NCBI GenBank assembly: GCA_963833225.1
Contig: CAWHXD010000008.1
Coordinates: 352,001 to 416,000, forward strand
Reading direction: 5' to 3'
DNA from: an uncultured Chloroflexia bacterium
GTDB lineage: Bacteria > Chloroflexota > Limnocylindria > Limnocylindrales > CSP1-4
Length of the DNA stretch: 64,000 bases
Part shown: piece after piece, positions 45,175 to 57,977 of the stretch
Numbering within the stretch: position 1 is the first letter of the stretch
How the letters are laid out: every line of letters starts with the position of its first letter
Made by a program: the position numbers and the translations under genes
Notes under the pieces: generated by a model
Told to the model about the DNA's origin: nothing
What the model saw: the letters and a program-made list of their open reading frames with translations, nothing else
Databases searched by the model: none

Positions 45175-46559
45175 CGTGTTCCTCCCGCCACGGCGGCGTC
45201 GCCAAGCTCATCGGCGAGCGCCGCGGCGAATTGGGCGATCTCGTCGCTGGTCGTGACCTCGGTGGCGCACACCAGCAGGCCATCCGCGAGGGTCGGCTCG
45301 TCCGGCAGTAGGTCCGCCGTGGGGATCCCCGCGAGGACCCCGCGGTCGAGCAGTCGGGCATGCACCGCGCGGGCATCCGGGACGCGGACCACCAGCTCGT
45401 TGAGGTAGGCGCCGGCATGGATCCGCGGTGCCCCGGCCGCCTCGAGCGCCGCTGCCAGCTCCGCGGCGCGTGCCGCGCCGGTCGCCGCGACATCGCGCAG
45501 CCCGTGCGGCCCGATGGTCGACAGGTACACGGACGCCGCCAGCGCCAGCAGCGCCTGGTTGGTGCAGATGTTGCTAGCCGCCTTCTCGCGCCGGATGTCC
45601 TGTTCGCGGGCGCGCATCGTCATCACGAACGCGCGCTTCCCGTCCAGGTCCGCCGTCATGCCCACGAGCCGACCCGGGATCTGGCGAACGAGGGCATCCG
45701 TGCAGGAGACGATCCCCAGGTACGGCCCGCCGTAGGCGAGCGGGATCCCCAGAGGCTGCCCCTCTCCGGCCGCGATATCGGCACCGTACGCCGCGGGCGG
45801 CGCGAGCACCGCCAGGCTCACGGGCTCGATGACCGACACGAACAGCGCGCCCGCGCCATGGGCCAGGCGCCCGATCTCCGGCATGTCCTCGAGCAGGCCC
45901 AGGACATTGGGCTGGGCCGCCACCACGCCAGCCACGGGCCGGTCGGTCTCGCCCAGCAGGCGCGCGAGCGCGTCGAGGTCCGTGGTGCCCGCGAGCGGGC
46001 CGCCCGAGACGAGCGGGACCTCGTCCACGCTGAGGCCGGCGCCCTCGGCGTACGTGTCCAGGGTGGCACGGTAGTGGGGATGGACCCCGCGGGAGATGAG
46101 GATCCGCTCGCGCCGGGTCGCCCGGCAGGTCATGAGCGCGGCCTCGGCCGTGGCTGCTCCCCCGTCGTAGTGCGACGCGGAGACCACGTCGAGACCCGTG
46201 AGCGCCGCGAGGAGGCTCTGGTACTCGTAGATGCTCTGGAGCGTGCCCTGGCTGACCTCGGGCTGGTACGGCGTGTAGGCCGTGTACCACTCGCCGCGGA
46301 GCAGCATCTGGTCCACGACCGCCGGCGTCCAGTGGCGGTAGGCGCCGGCGCCCAGGAAGGACGCAAGCCCCGTGCGGTTGCGGGCCGCCAGCGCCTGGAG
46401 GCGCGCCGTCAGGAGGAGCTCCGGCTCGGGATCGTCGAGCGCGAGGGGGCCGGACCGGAGGGCTTCGGGGATGTCCTCGAACAGGTCGTCCACCGAGTCG
46501 ACGCCGATCGCCTCGAGCATCTTCGCTCGATCATCGGCCGCATGCGGGCCGTAGGGCAT
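45171..46559 (-). CDS. gcvPA: Glycine dehydrogenase subunit 1
   Basis: [53 protein letters not shown]. Confidence 0.97.
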   Translation of the reverse strand: MPYGPHAADDRAKMLEAIGVDSVDDLFEDIPEALRSGPLALDDPEPELLLTARLQALAARNRTGLASFLGAGAYRHWTPAVVDQMLLRGEWYTAYTPYQPEVSQGTLQSIYEYQSLLAALTGLDVVSASHYDGGAATAEAALMTCRATRRERILISRGVHPHYRATLDTYAEGAGLSVDEVPLVSGGPLAGTTDLDALARLLGETDRPVAGVVAAQPNVLGLLEDMPEIGRLAHGAGALFVSVIEPVSLAVLAPPAAYGADIAAGEGQPLGIPLAYGGPYLGIVSCTDALVRQIPGRLVGMTADLDGKRAFVMTMRAREQDIRREKAASNICTNQALLALAASVYLSTIGPHGLRDVAATGAARAAELAAALEAAGAPRIHAGAYLNELVVRVPDARAVHARLLDRGVLAGIPTADLLPDEPTLADGLLVCATEVTTSDEIAQFAAALADELGDAAVAGGTR

Positions 46560-46562
46560 CGG

Positions 46563-46943
46563 TCAGGCCCCGGCGACGAGCTGCTCGTAGGCCGCCGCGT
46601 CGAGCAGGCTGTCGACCTGCGCCGGATCGGCGAGCCGCACGCGGAGCATCCAGCCCTCGCCGTAGGGATCCGAGTTCACCAGCTCCGGGGCGCCGGAGAG
46701 GGCATCGTTCGCCCCGGTGACCTCGCCGGCGACCGGTGCGAACAGGTCGCTGACGGCCTTGACCGATTCGACGACGCCAAACGTCGCGTGCTGGTCGAGC
46801 GCCCTGCCTGCGGCCGGCAGCTCGACGAACACGATGTCGCCCAGCTGGTCAGCGGCGAACTGGGTGATGCCCACGACGGCCTCGTCGCCGTCGACGCGGA
46901 CCCACTCGTGATCCTTGGTGTAGCGCAGGTCGCCGGGGACCAT
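46563..46943 (-). CDS. gcvH: Glycine cleavage system H protein
   Basis: YTKDHEW, GITQFA..QLGD, ESVKA (lipoyl Lys), [10 protein letters not shown]. Confidence 0.98.
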   Translation of the reverse strand: MVPGDLRYTKDHEWVRVDGDEAVVGITQFAADQLGDIVFVELPAAGRALDQHATFGVVESVKAVSDLFAPVAGEVTGANDALSGAPELVNSDPYGEGWMLRVRLADPAQVDSLLDAAAYEQLVAGA

Positions 46944-47039
46944 GGGGCTCCTCCGATCTGGGGCGCTCGGCCTCTCGGCCGGGCACGGGCGCGATGGGAT
47001 AACCGTTGAATGGTGGCGTGCCGGGCGCAGGGCCTGACG

Positions 47040-48155
47040 TCAGGTGGATCGCCTGTAGAACGGCAGCGGGACCACCTCGGCGGCGACGCGGGAACCGCGG
47101 ATCTCCACGTCCAGCATCGTACCGGGTTCGGCGTGCCGGGGGGCGACATACGCCATGGCGATGGCCGTTCCCAGCGTCGGCGACATCGTTCCGGAGGTGA
47201 CCACACCGGTGGGGCCGTCGGCATCGAGCACGGGGTAGCCATGGCGGGCGATCCCGCGTCCACGCAGGACGAGGCCGACGAGGCTTCGCCTGGGACCCGC
47301 GGCCGCCGCCTTCTCGAGCGCCGCGCGGCCCGTAAAGTCGCCGGACTTGGACAGCTTGACGACCCGGCCGAGGCCCGCCTCGAAGGGCATCGTGTCCCGG
47401 TCGAGCTCGTTGCCGTAGAGCGGCATCCCGGCCTCAAGGCGCAGCGTGTCGCGCGCCCCGAGCCCCACCGGAACCAGGCCAAGATCCCGTCCTGCGGCGA
47501 GCACGGCGTCCCACGCCTCCCCGACCCAGTCCACGTCCACGAACAGCTCAAAGCCGTCCTCACCGGTGTAGCCGGTGCGCGCCACCTGGGCCGGGATCCC
47601 GGCGACGCTCCCATCCGCGATGCCGTAGTAGCGGATCGATGCCAGGTCGATGTCGGCCAGCGGCTGGAGGATCTCGAGCGACCGTGGTCCCTGGACCGCG
47701 ACCAGGCCCGTCGACAGGCTCTGGTCGTCGAGGATTGCGTTGAACCCCGCGAGGCGCTCGGCGAGCGCATCGGAGACCGTCCTGGCATTGGAGGCGTTGG
47801 CGACGACCAGGAACCGGTCCTCGGCGCAGCGGTACACGATCAGGTCGTCGAGGATCCCGCCGTCGGGGGCGCAGATCATCGAGTACTGGGCCCGACCGAC
47901 GGCGAGGGCCGGCGGGTCCGTGATGAGCGCGGCTGCGAGGGCCTTGCCGGCCTCCGGCCCGGTGACGACCAGCTCGCCCATGTGCGACAGGTCGAACAGC
48001 CCGGCGTTGGAGCGCACCGCCCGGTGCTCGTCGAGGATCCCGGCGTACTGGATCGGCATCAGCCACCCGGCGAACTCCACGATCTTGGCGCCCAGCGCTT
48101 CGTGGCGGTCCAGGAGCGGCGACGGAACCGGGGCATGCGCGCTGACATCGGTCAT
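47040..48155 (-). CDS. gcvT: Glycine cleavage system aminomethyltransferase
   Basis: FAGW.MP.QY, FDLSHMG, RTGYTGEDGFE, GLGARDTLRLEAG.PLYG.E. Confidence 0.97.
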   Translation of the reverse strand: MTDVSAHAPVPSPLLDRHEALGAKIVEFAGWLMPIQYAGILDEHRAVRSNAGLFDLSHMGELVVTGPEAGKALAAALITDPPALAVGRAQYSMICAPDGGILDDLIVYRCAEDRFLVVANASNARTVSDALAERLAGFNAILDDQSLSTGLVAVQGPRSLEILQPLADIDLASIRYYGIADGSVAGIPAQVARTGYTGEDGFELFVDVDWVGEAWDAVLAAGRDLGLVPVGLGARDTLRLEAGMPLYGNELDRDTMPFEAGLGRVVKLSKSGDFTGRAALEKAAAAGPRRSLVGLVLRGRGIARHGYPVLDADGPTGVVTSGTMSPTLGTAIAMAYVAPRHAEPGTMLDVEIRGSRVAAEVVPLPFYRRST

Positions 48156-48631
48156 GGAGCGGATCCCCCCGGATCGTGCACGACCGGAAACGAGCCATCC
48201 GTCGCGACGACGGCGGCGCGCGCCGTGAGGGCTCGCTCCGTCTCGAAGGTGAGGAGCGTCGCCGCCTCGTCGAACCCGATCCAGCGGACCTCGTCGAACT
48301 CGTGGTCGTGGCGCCCCAGGTCCCCGCCCGTCGGAACCATGAGGAAGTAGTGCACCGTCTTGTTGATCCGGGTGCGGCGCTGGACGAAGCTGTACTCGAT
48401 GCTGTCGAAGGGACGGATGATCCGCACCGCGAGACCCGTCTCCTCGCGGACCTCGCGCAGCGCCGTCTCCTCCCTCGTCTCGCCGGGGTGGGGCGTGCCC
48501 TTTGGCAGGGTCCAGGTCATCCCGTCACCTGCGCGACTGCGGCGGCCGACCACGAGCTGGGGGGCTCCCCTGTCGAAGCGGATGACGATGCCACCGGCAG
48601 AGGTGGCGACGGCCTGCTTCAGGCGCGCCAC
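48152..48631 (-). CDS. NUDIX hydrolase
   Basis: SAGGIV, WTLPKG and the Nudix box GETREETALREVREETGL, KTVHYFLM. Stop overlaps the gcvT ATG. Confidence 0.9.
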   Translation of the reverse strand: MARLKQAVATSAGGIVIRFDRGAPQLVVGRRSRAGDGMTWTLPKGTPHPGETREETALREVREETGLAVRIIRPFDSIEYSFVQRRTRINKTVHYFLMVPTGGDLGRHDHEFDEVRWIGFDEAATLLTFETERALTARAAVVATDGSFPVVHDPGGSAP

Positions 48632-48936
48632 GCCGGCGCCAGCGACGAGCGTCGTGGGCCGCCGCCACGGCCCGAGCTCGTCCACGACATCGCGGCGGCG
48701 GGCCGCGGGCGCCCATCGGCGACCGATCGCGTCGGCGCGACGACCATCGCCCGCCACGGAGCATGGAGCGCCGTCAGCGGACCGACATCGGGACGACGCA
48801 GCACCGTGCGCCGGCTGGACGCTGCCGTGAAGGCGGGGCCGGAATGCAATCCGAGGCGCCGCTCCCGGGCCCGGGTCGTGGGATGGACGAAGCTCGCGGG
48901 CCACGCCGCATACCGGGCCACGATGCTGTGCTGCAT
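48619..48936 (-). CDS. Hypothetical basic protein (MQHSIVARYAAW..., 105 aa)
   Basis: ATG 6 nt after TACGAT. Fills the gap between the DUF2520 and NUDIX genes and overlaps the NUDIX start by 13 nt. Confidence 0.5.
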   Translation of the reverse strand: MQHSIVARYAAWPASFVHPTTRARERRLGLHSGPAFTAASSRRTVLRRPDVGPLTALHAPWRAMVVAPTRSVADGRPRPAAAMSWTSSGRGGGPRRSSLAPAWRA

Positions 48937-48953
48937 GCGCGCATCGTACCGCG

Positions 48954-50028
48954 TCACGGGTCCGCTGCAAGTGCGGCGAGGAGGCGTGCGCCAGCTTCCG
49001 GTGCCAGCGTGCCCCGCGCTTCCGCGACGGCGACGGAGCGCTCCATCAGCGCGCGGTAGACCGGCAGTGCGTCGGGCGCTCCGGCGGCCAGCGCGGCGCG
49101 ATGGGCGGCGATCGTCCCGGCATCGCCGCGTGTGGCCGGTCCGGTCAGCGCTGCGGCTACACCGAGCGCCCGCGCGTTGGCGACGGTCTGCTCGAGCAGC
49201 GGCAGGTAGATCCGGAGGGCGCCCGCCTCGTCGAGCCCGATCACGGCCGCGATCTCCCGGATCGTGTCCAGGAGCGCGGTCACGCCGCCCGCGGCGAGCA
49301 CGGCCGCCGCGTGGTAGGCGGCCTTGGAGCCTGCCGCGAGGCGCACAGGTTGGCCACCGATCGCCTCGGCCATCTCGGCCAGGTGGGCGGCGAGCTCGTC
49401 GTCTCCCTCGATCGCGATCGTCGCACCGTGCGAGAGCCGCGAGGGCCCGGTCGAGATCCGCGAAGGCGACCAGCGGGTGGAAGGCGCCCGCCTGGGTCCC
49501 GGCGGCCAGCGCGGGGGCCAGCACCTCGGCGCCGAGCAGCCCGCTGGTGTGCACGATGGCCTGGCCCGCATACAACCGCAGCGAGGCGGCGAGCGGTGCC
49601 ACGGCATCGTCGGGCACTGCGAGGATGACCAGCTCGACGTCGTCCACGAGCGCGGGGGCCTCGGTGAAGGCGCGGACGGCGTTGCCCACGTGCGCCCGGA
49701 ACCGCTCGCGCCGGCCGGCGTCACGCGACGCGACGGCGCCAACCGGCCAGCCGGCCCGGGCCAGCGCGACGCCGAGCGCCAGCCCCACGGCCCCCGCGCC
49801 GACGATTCCGACGACGGGCCGCTCGCCGGGCGCCGCGTGATGTCGGGCGGGTGCGGTCTCGGTCGAGGCCGGCCGCAGCATCAGGGGGGTGGCGCCGTGG
49901 CGGCTCGTCCGCACGGGATCGAGGTCGATGCCCTCGGCCTCCAGCTCGGCCAGCCGGCCGGCATCCTCCTCCGCGCGGCGCTGGGCACGCTCGCGCAGCA
50001 GCTCCTCGCCGCGCTCCCAGGCTTTCAC
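48954..50028 (-). CDS. Rossmann-like + DUF2520 protein (PanG-like oxidoreductase), one frameshift near 49440
   Basis: GIVGAGAVG, ILAVPDDA, VHTSG, FHPL, then KAAYHAAA and ALTGP..RGDAGTI..H in the next frame. Start uncertain. Confidence 0.85.
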
Positions 50029-50145
50029 CGGTCGCGGCCGGGACCGGGGGTGCAGTCCGCGCGGTACACTTCCACGCGACGAGTGTAGCGAGCGGTTCGA
50101 GGGCGCACCCTCATCGCCCGGTCCCCACCCCTTGGAGATCAGCGC

Positions 50146-52821
<2,676 letters not shown>

Positions 52822-52873
52822 CGACGCCATCCCGAGACGCCCGGTCCCGGCCGCTCGGCCAGGTCGAATCGAT

Positions 52874-52902
52874 GAGGCCCCCTGTCGATGACAGGGGGCC
52901 TC
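52874..52902. terminator. Terminator hairpin after acnA
   Basis: gaggccccctgtc-gat-gacagggggcctc, a perfect 13-bp stem followed by gttgcgtt. Confidence 0.8.
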
Positions 52903-53065
52903 GTTGCGTTGACCGGTGCCTCGCGGCTCGGGGAGGAGAAGAACCGGGCGGTGAGGCGCGCGCTCGTCCAGTCCGACGGGCGGTCGCAGGCGCGTGTGAC
53001 GCGTCCCTGGGCACCTCGCAGCAATGCGAACGGCGGAGCCGCCGGCCCGCCGTGAGAGGTCGAGG

Positions 53066-53142
<77 letters not shown>

Positions 53143-53191
53143 GAATCCCCGAAGGGACTCGCATTCTAGCGCGCGCGCCCGGCCCCGCGCA

Positions 53192-53464
53192 TCAGGGCGC
53201 GAGACCCGGCCACCGTGCCCGGAGACGTTCCGGTGTCAGGCCGTCGACGGCGATCCGCTTCAACCGGCCGGTGGCACCGGCGGCCAGCCGGACGTTGGTC
53301 CTCGGGACATCCAGCTCGCCGGCCAGCAGGCGCACCAGCGCCGCGTTCGCGGCGCCCTCCACCGGCGCCGCCGCCACCCGGACGCGGAGGACGCCGTCGA
53401 CCACCCCTTCGATCCGGTCGGCGCCGCCGCGAGGCGTCAGGCGGACGGTGAAGCGTGCCTCCAT
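53192..53464 (-). CDS. yggU: DUF167/YggU family protein
   Basis: VRLTPRG, LRVRVAAAPVEGAAN, GATGRLK. Confidence 0.88.
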   Translation of the reverse strand: MEARFTVRLTPRGGADRIEGVVDGVLRVRVAAAPVEGAANAALVRLLAGELDVPRTNVRLAAGATGRLKRIAVDGLTPERLRARWPGLAP

Positions 53465-53468
53465 GCGG

Positions 53469-53714
53469 TCAGCGCAGCAGGGTCCGCCAGATGACCCCCA
53501 GCACGACGAGGACCAGGAGGGCCGAGAAGTCGAACATCCCGGCCGGGGGCAGCAGCCGGCGCACCGGGGCGAGCAACGGTTCCGTGGTCTGGATCAGCAT
53601 CCGCGACAGGCCCGACGAGCCCGACGGGTCGAACCAGCTGAACAGCACGCGGCCGAAGACGAGCACCCACAGCAGGAACACGAGGATGCCGGCGAACAGG
53701 GCGATGAAGTCCAC
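53469..53714 (-). CDS. yggT: YggT family membrane protein
   Basis: RVLFSWF, TEPLLAPVRRLLP, FDFS. Confidence 0.9.
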   Translation of the reverse strand: MDFIALFAGILVFLLWVLVFGRVLFSWFDPSGSSGLSRMLIQTTEPLLAPVRRLLPPAGMFDFSALLVLVVLGVIWRTLLR

Positions 53715-53756
53715 GGGGCGAGTCTAGCAACGAATGCCGGCGTGGCCGTGGCGCGC

Positions 53757-54488
53757 TCAACCGGCCCTGGGCGCTCGCTCCCCGAACAGCGCCCGGCCGA
53801 CGCGCACGATCGTGGCGCCCTCCTCGACCGCGATCCCGTAGTCGTCCGACATGCCCATCGACAGCTCGGGCCCCAGCCGTGGCCAGCGGGCACGCACTCG
53901 CTCCGAGAGCTCGCGCAAGGCCACGAACGTCGCTCGTGCCTCCGCGGGCGTGGCCACGAAGCGCCCGATCGTCATCAGCCCGCGGATCTCGAGCGCCCCG
54001 AGGCGGTCGAGCGCCTCGGCCGCCGGCTCCAGCGCGTCGGGCTGGAACCCCGCCTTGGCCGGGTCCCGGTCCACGTTGACCTCGAGCAGCACCGGCAGCG
54101 GGCGACCCGCCCGCAGCTCGCCGGCCAGGCCCGAGAGGCGGGTCGCAAGCTCGATCGTGTGCACGGATTCGACGACATCGAACAGCTCAACCGCGCGGCG
54201 CGCCTTGTTCGACTGGAGCGGACCGATGAGGTGCCACAGGGCGCCGGTCACGGTGGGGATCTTGGCCGCGCCTTCCTGGACCCGGTTCTCGCCCAGGACG
54301 GTCAGGCCCGCGGCCACGGCGGCCCGGACCCGCGCCGCAGGCACCGTCTTGGACACCGCGACGAGCGTCACGCTGGCGAGGTCACGTCCGGTCCGGGCGG
54401 CTGCGTCCGCGATCTGACCGAGCACGGCCTCCCGGGCGCGTCGGAACCCCTCGACCTCGTCCGGATCGAGGGGCTCGGCGGGTTCCAT
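53757..54488 (-). CDS. yggS: PLP homeostasis protein (YggS/PLPBP)
   Basis: LVAVSKT, GENRVQE, WHLIGPLQSNK, GLMTI, LSMGMSDDY, GATIVRVGRALFG. Confidence 0.95.
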   Translation of the reverse strand: MEPAEPLDPDEVEGFRRAREAVLGQIADAAARTGRDLASVTLVAVSKTVPAARVRAAVAAGLTVLGENRVQEGAAKIPTVTGALWHLIGPLQSNKARRAVELFDVVESVHTIELATRLSGLAGELRAGRPLPVLLEVNVDRDPAKAGFQPDALEPAAEALDRLGALEIRGLMTIGRFVATPAEARATFVALRELSERVRARWPRLGPELSMGMSDDYGIAVEEGATIVRVGRALFGERAPRAG

Positions 54489-54518
54489 GTGGCTGCGGCC
54501 CGCGTGCGCGGGCAGTCG

Positions 54519-55754
54519 CTAGCGGCGCCGGAGGAAGCTCGGGATCTCGAGGTCGTCCGCGTCGTATGCCGCGGCCTTCCGGGCCGGGGGCTCGCCAACG
54601 GACCGCTCCGGGCGAACCGGGACCGCCACCTCGTCGCCCCTCGTGTCGCGAACACGCGGCACGTCCGGGTCGACGACCTCGGTGCGCTGGCGCTCGAGCT
54701 CCTCGAGGAAGTCACGGGCCGGCGGGGCACCGGGGGCCGGCTGGGCGCCATGCGCGGAGCCCGTGCGCTCGCTGGCCGCGGTGCGGGTGGTCTCGCCGCG
54801 GCGCCGGGCGTCGAACCCGGTCGCGATCACGGTGATCATCACCTCTTCCCCAAGCCGCTCGTTGAAGCTGGCCCCGAAGATGATGTTGGCCTCGGGGTCG
54901 GCGGCGGCGCGGATCTCCTCGGCCGCCTCGGTGACCTCCCACAGGGTGAGATTGGCCGAGCCGGTGATGTTGAACAGGATTCCCTGCGCGCCCGAGATGT
55001 TGACCTCGAGCAGCGGGCTCGCCACCGCCTGGCGGGCGGCTTCGAGGGCCCGGTTCTCGCCCTCGGCCCGACCGATGCCCATGAGCGCGGACCCGGCGTC
55101 CTTCATGATCGTGCGCACGTCGGCGAAGTCGAGGTTGATCAGCCCGGGCACGGTGATGATGTCGCTGATGCCCGCGACACCCTGGCGGAGGACGTCATCC
55201 ACCACCCGGAAGGCGTCGACGATCGACGTGTTCTTCTGCACGACGTCCCGGAGTCGGTCGTTGGGGATGGTGATCAGCGTGTCGACCTTTGCCTTGAGCT
55301 CCTCGGCCGCCTTCTCCGCGATCAGCTTGCGGCGGCTGCCCTCGAACGAGAACGGCTTGGTGACGACCCCGATCGTCAGCGCCCCGGCCTCCTTGGCGAT
55401 CTCGGCAACGACCGGAGCCGCGCCGGATCCCGTGCCGCCGCCCAGACCGGCGGTGATGAACACCATGTCCGAGTCGGTCAGGGCATCCGCGATCTTGTCG
55501 CGATCCTCCTCCGCCGCGCGGGCGCCGATCGTGGCGTCTCCGCCGGCCCCGAGGCCACGCGTGATCTTGTCGCCGATGCGGATCTTGTGCGGCGCGTCCG
55601 ACTGGAGGAGCGCCTGGGCATCGGTGTTGCAGGCGATGAACTCCACGCCCATCATCTCGGCCCGGATCATCCGATTGACGGCATTGCTGCCGCCGCCACC
55701 CACGCCGATGACGCGGATCAGGGCGAAGTTCTCGGAGTCGGATCGCAGCGGCAT
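54519..55754 (-). CDS. ftsZ: Cell division protein FtsZ
   Basis: [34 protein letters not shown]-terminal EIPSFLRRR. Confidence 0.99.
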   Translation of the reverse strand: MPLRSDSENFALIRVIGVGGGGSNAVNRMIRAEMMGVEFIACNTDAQALLQSDAPHKIRIGDKITRGLGAGGDATIGARAAEEDRDKIADALTDSDMVFITAGLGGGTGSGAAPVVAEIAKEAGALTIGVVTKPFSFEGSRRKLIAEKAAEELKAKVDTLITIPNDRLRDVVQKNTSIVDAFRVVDDVLRQGVAGISDIITVPGLINLDFADVRTIMKDAGSALMGIGRAEGENRALEAARQAVASPLLEVNISGAQGILFNITGSANLTLWEVTEAAEEIRAAADPEANIIFGASFNERLGEEVMITVIATGFDARRRGETTRTAASERTGSAHGAQPAPGAPPARDFLEELERQRTEVVDPDVPRVRDTRGDEVAVPVRPERSVGEPPARKAAAYDADDLEIPSFLRRR

Positions 55755-55889
55755 CGGCGCTCTCCCGGGGTTGCAGCGGCTGGCGCGGGGGTGGATCGGG
55801 GTTGACGGTCTGTCAGTGCAGGACCCGCAGTATACCCGCGTGGTCCGGCATCGGATCACCCCAGTTTCGGAGCCGGTGCGCGGGCGCGC

Positions 55890-56303
55890 CTACCCGGCGA
55901 GAAACGACAGTCGAACCCGCCGGCTGGCGTTGTCCTCGTTGGGGTCGAGCAGCGTGATCGACTGCCACTGACCCAGCGCGAGCCCCCCGCCGATCACGGG
56001 CACCGAGAGCGACGGCGAGGCGAGCAGCGGCAGCACGTGGTCGGCCCCGTGCCCCGCCGAGCCGTGGCGATGGCGCCACCGGTCGTCGCGCGGCAGCAGG
56101 CGGTCCAGCGCGGCCAGCGCATCGTCATCGGAGCCCGCCCCGAGCTCCACCACGACCAGGCCTGCCGTGGCGTGCGGGATGAACACGTGGAGCAGCCCGT
56201 CGCCCCCCTCGGACGCCTCGGCCACGAACCGCGCGCAGGCGGGCGTGAGATCGGTGAAGCCGCGGGCGCTGCCCGTCCTGACCTCGAGGACGACGCTGCG
56301 CAC
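55890..56303 (-). CDS. YjbQ/UPF0047 family protein
   Basis: PHATAGL, RHRHGS.GHG.DH, LALGQWQSI.L.D. Confidence 0.88.
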   Translation of the reverse strand: MRSVVLEVRTGSARGFTDLTPACARFVAEASEGGDGLLHVFIPHATAGLVVVELGAGSDDDALAALDRLLPRDDRWRHRHGSAGHGADHVLPLLASPSLSVPVIGGGLALGQWQSITLLDPNEDNASRRVRLSFLAG

Positions 56304-56306
56304 GGG

Positions 56307-57536
56307 CTACGGGAAGATCGAGCGGATCGCGCTCCGGATCCGGCTCAGCCCGCCACCGCCGGGGGCCGACTCGTAGTGCATCGGGTCATCCAGGGCGATC
56401 TGGGTCGCGCCCCAGCGCAACAGGCCAACGGCCGTGGAGTACGACGGGTCCTGGATCGTGTCCACGAGCCCGCTGATCCCCGACGGACCCGAGACGCGCA
56501 CGGGCATCTGGAGCACGTCGCGACCCAGCTCCGCGGTCCCGGAGAGCTGCGAGGCGCCGCCGGTGAGGATGATCCCGGCGGGCAGCATGCCGTGCCCGCT
56601 GCGCGCCATCTCGGAGCGGAGCAGCTCGAACGTCTCGCGCATCCGTGCCTCGATGATCCGGCACAGCTCCTCGCGGCTGACCGTCCGCCCCGCCTCCTCG
56701 CCCAGCACGGACACGCTGATGTGCTCGTCCTCGATCTCGCGCAGGTCGCACGTGCCGTGGCGGACCTTGAGCTCCTCGGCCACCTGGAGGGTCGTCTTCA
56801 CGCCGATCGCGACGTCGTTGGTCACGTTGTTGCCGCCGACCGGCAGGACGGCCGTGTGGAACGGCGAGCCATCGGCGAACAGGGTGAGGTCGATAGTGCC
56901 GGCCCCGATGTCGGCGACCGCGACGCCCAGCTCCTTCTCGGTCTCGGTCACGACAGCTTCGGCCGAGGCGAGGCCGTTGACCACCAGCTCGTCGATCTTG
57001 ACCCCCGCGAGCTGCACGCACTTGGTCAGGTTCTGGACCGCGGTGGCGGACGCGGAGACGATGTGCGCCTCGACCTCCAGCCGGAGCGCGCTCATGCCCA
57101 GGGGGTCCTTCACGCCCTCCTGGCCGTCGACGGTGAACCCCCGGCGCTCGACGTGGAGCACGTCTCGGTTGGACGGGATGGAGACGGCCCGCGCCACCTC
57201 GATGGCCCGGCTGATGTCCTCGCGGGTGACCTCGCGGTGGTGCGCCGTGACGGCGACCTGGCCCGTGGAGTTGAGGCTCTCGACGTGCTGGCCGCCGACG
57301 CCCACGAACGCCCGGTCGATCTTCCACCCGGACAGCCGCTCCGCGCGCTCGACGGCGTCCGCGATCGAGCGGACGGACTGGTCGATGTTGACGACGACGG
57401 CCTTGCGCAACCCGGTCGAGGGCACGGTGCCATGACCCATGATCGTGAGGCGACCATCCCGGCTGACCTCGCCGATCAGCGCGCAGACCTTCGACGTGCC
57501 GACGTCGATGCCGACAAGGACCGCTTCCCGTTCCAC
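56307..57536 (-). CDS. ftsA: Cell division protein FtsA
   Basis: GIDVGTSKV, VKDPLGM, EKELGV..ADIGAGT, VGGNNVTND, LTGGASQL, YSTAVGL. Confidence 0.97.
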   Translation of the reverse strand: MEREAVLVGIDVGTSKVCALIGEVSRDGRLTIMGHGTVPSTGLRKAVVVNIDQSVRSIADAVERAERLSGWKIDRAFVGVGGQHVESLNSTGQVAVTAHHREVTREDISRAIEVARAVSIPSNRDVLHVERRGFTVDGQEGVKDPLGMSALRLEVEAHIVSASATAVQNLTKCVQLAGVKIDELVVNGLASAEAVVTETEKELGVAVADIGAGTIDLTLFADGSPFHTAVLPVGGNNVTNDVAIGVKTTLQVAEELKVRHGTCDLREIEDEHISVSVLGEEAGRTVSREELCRIIEARMRETFELLRSEMARSGHGMLPAGIILTGGASQLSGTAELGRDVLQMPVRVSGPSGISGLVDTIQDPSYSTAVGLLRWGATQIALDDPMHYESAPGGGGLSRIRSAIRSIFP

Positions 57537-57562
57537 CTGCCTGTCGTCCCTCGCTGTCGGTG

Positions 57563-57886
57563 CTAGATGAAGTGGCGCCGGATCAGCGCGACGTTGTTGA
57601 AGATCCGGAACCCGAAGTTGATGAGGGCGACGAGGTAGAGGTCAAGGCTCAGCCGGTCGCCGATGAACGTCAGCAGCACCGCCACGATCGCATTCGTGAG
57701 GAAGCCACTGATGAATACGCGATTGTCGTAGACGCCGTCGAGCTCAGCTCGAACGGCTCCGAGGACCGAGTCGAGGGCCGCGAGGATCGCGACCGCCGAG
57801 TAGCGGGAGAACTCGAAGTTGACATTGACGTTGAGCAGGAGCCCGGCCGCGATTCCGATGAGCAGTCCCACGATGGGCAGGAGCAA
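57563..57886 (-). CDS. sbp: Small basic protein (DUF1290)
   Basis: YSAVAILAALDSVLG..RA, FISGF..N, GDRL..DLY, RIFNN...IRR. Typical dcw position. Confidence 0.88.
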   Translation of the reverse strand: MLLPIVGLLIGIAAGLLLNVNVNFEFSRYSAVAILAALDSVLGAVRAELDGVYDNRVFISGFLTNAIVAVLLTFIGDRLSLDLYLVALINFGFRIFNNVALIRRHFI

Positions 57887-57977
57887 GGGCGGGCAGCCTC
57901 CGTCCGGATGAACGTCTCCCTAACGATACCCGACCCTCGCGGGCAGGGACCCGCCGCCGGGGCGGAGCGGCGACGGC

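Noticed and set aside
50000-50075. Selenocysteine readthrough at TGA 50027-50025
   Set aside because: The readthrough frame is not protein-like, and the DUF2520 gene is in a different frame.
52903-53065. Integrated element or att site at tRNA-Val
   Set aside because: No integrase and no duplicated tRNA 3' end seen in the window.
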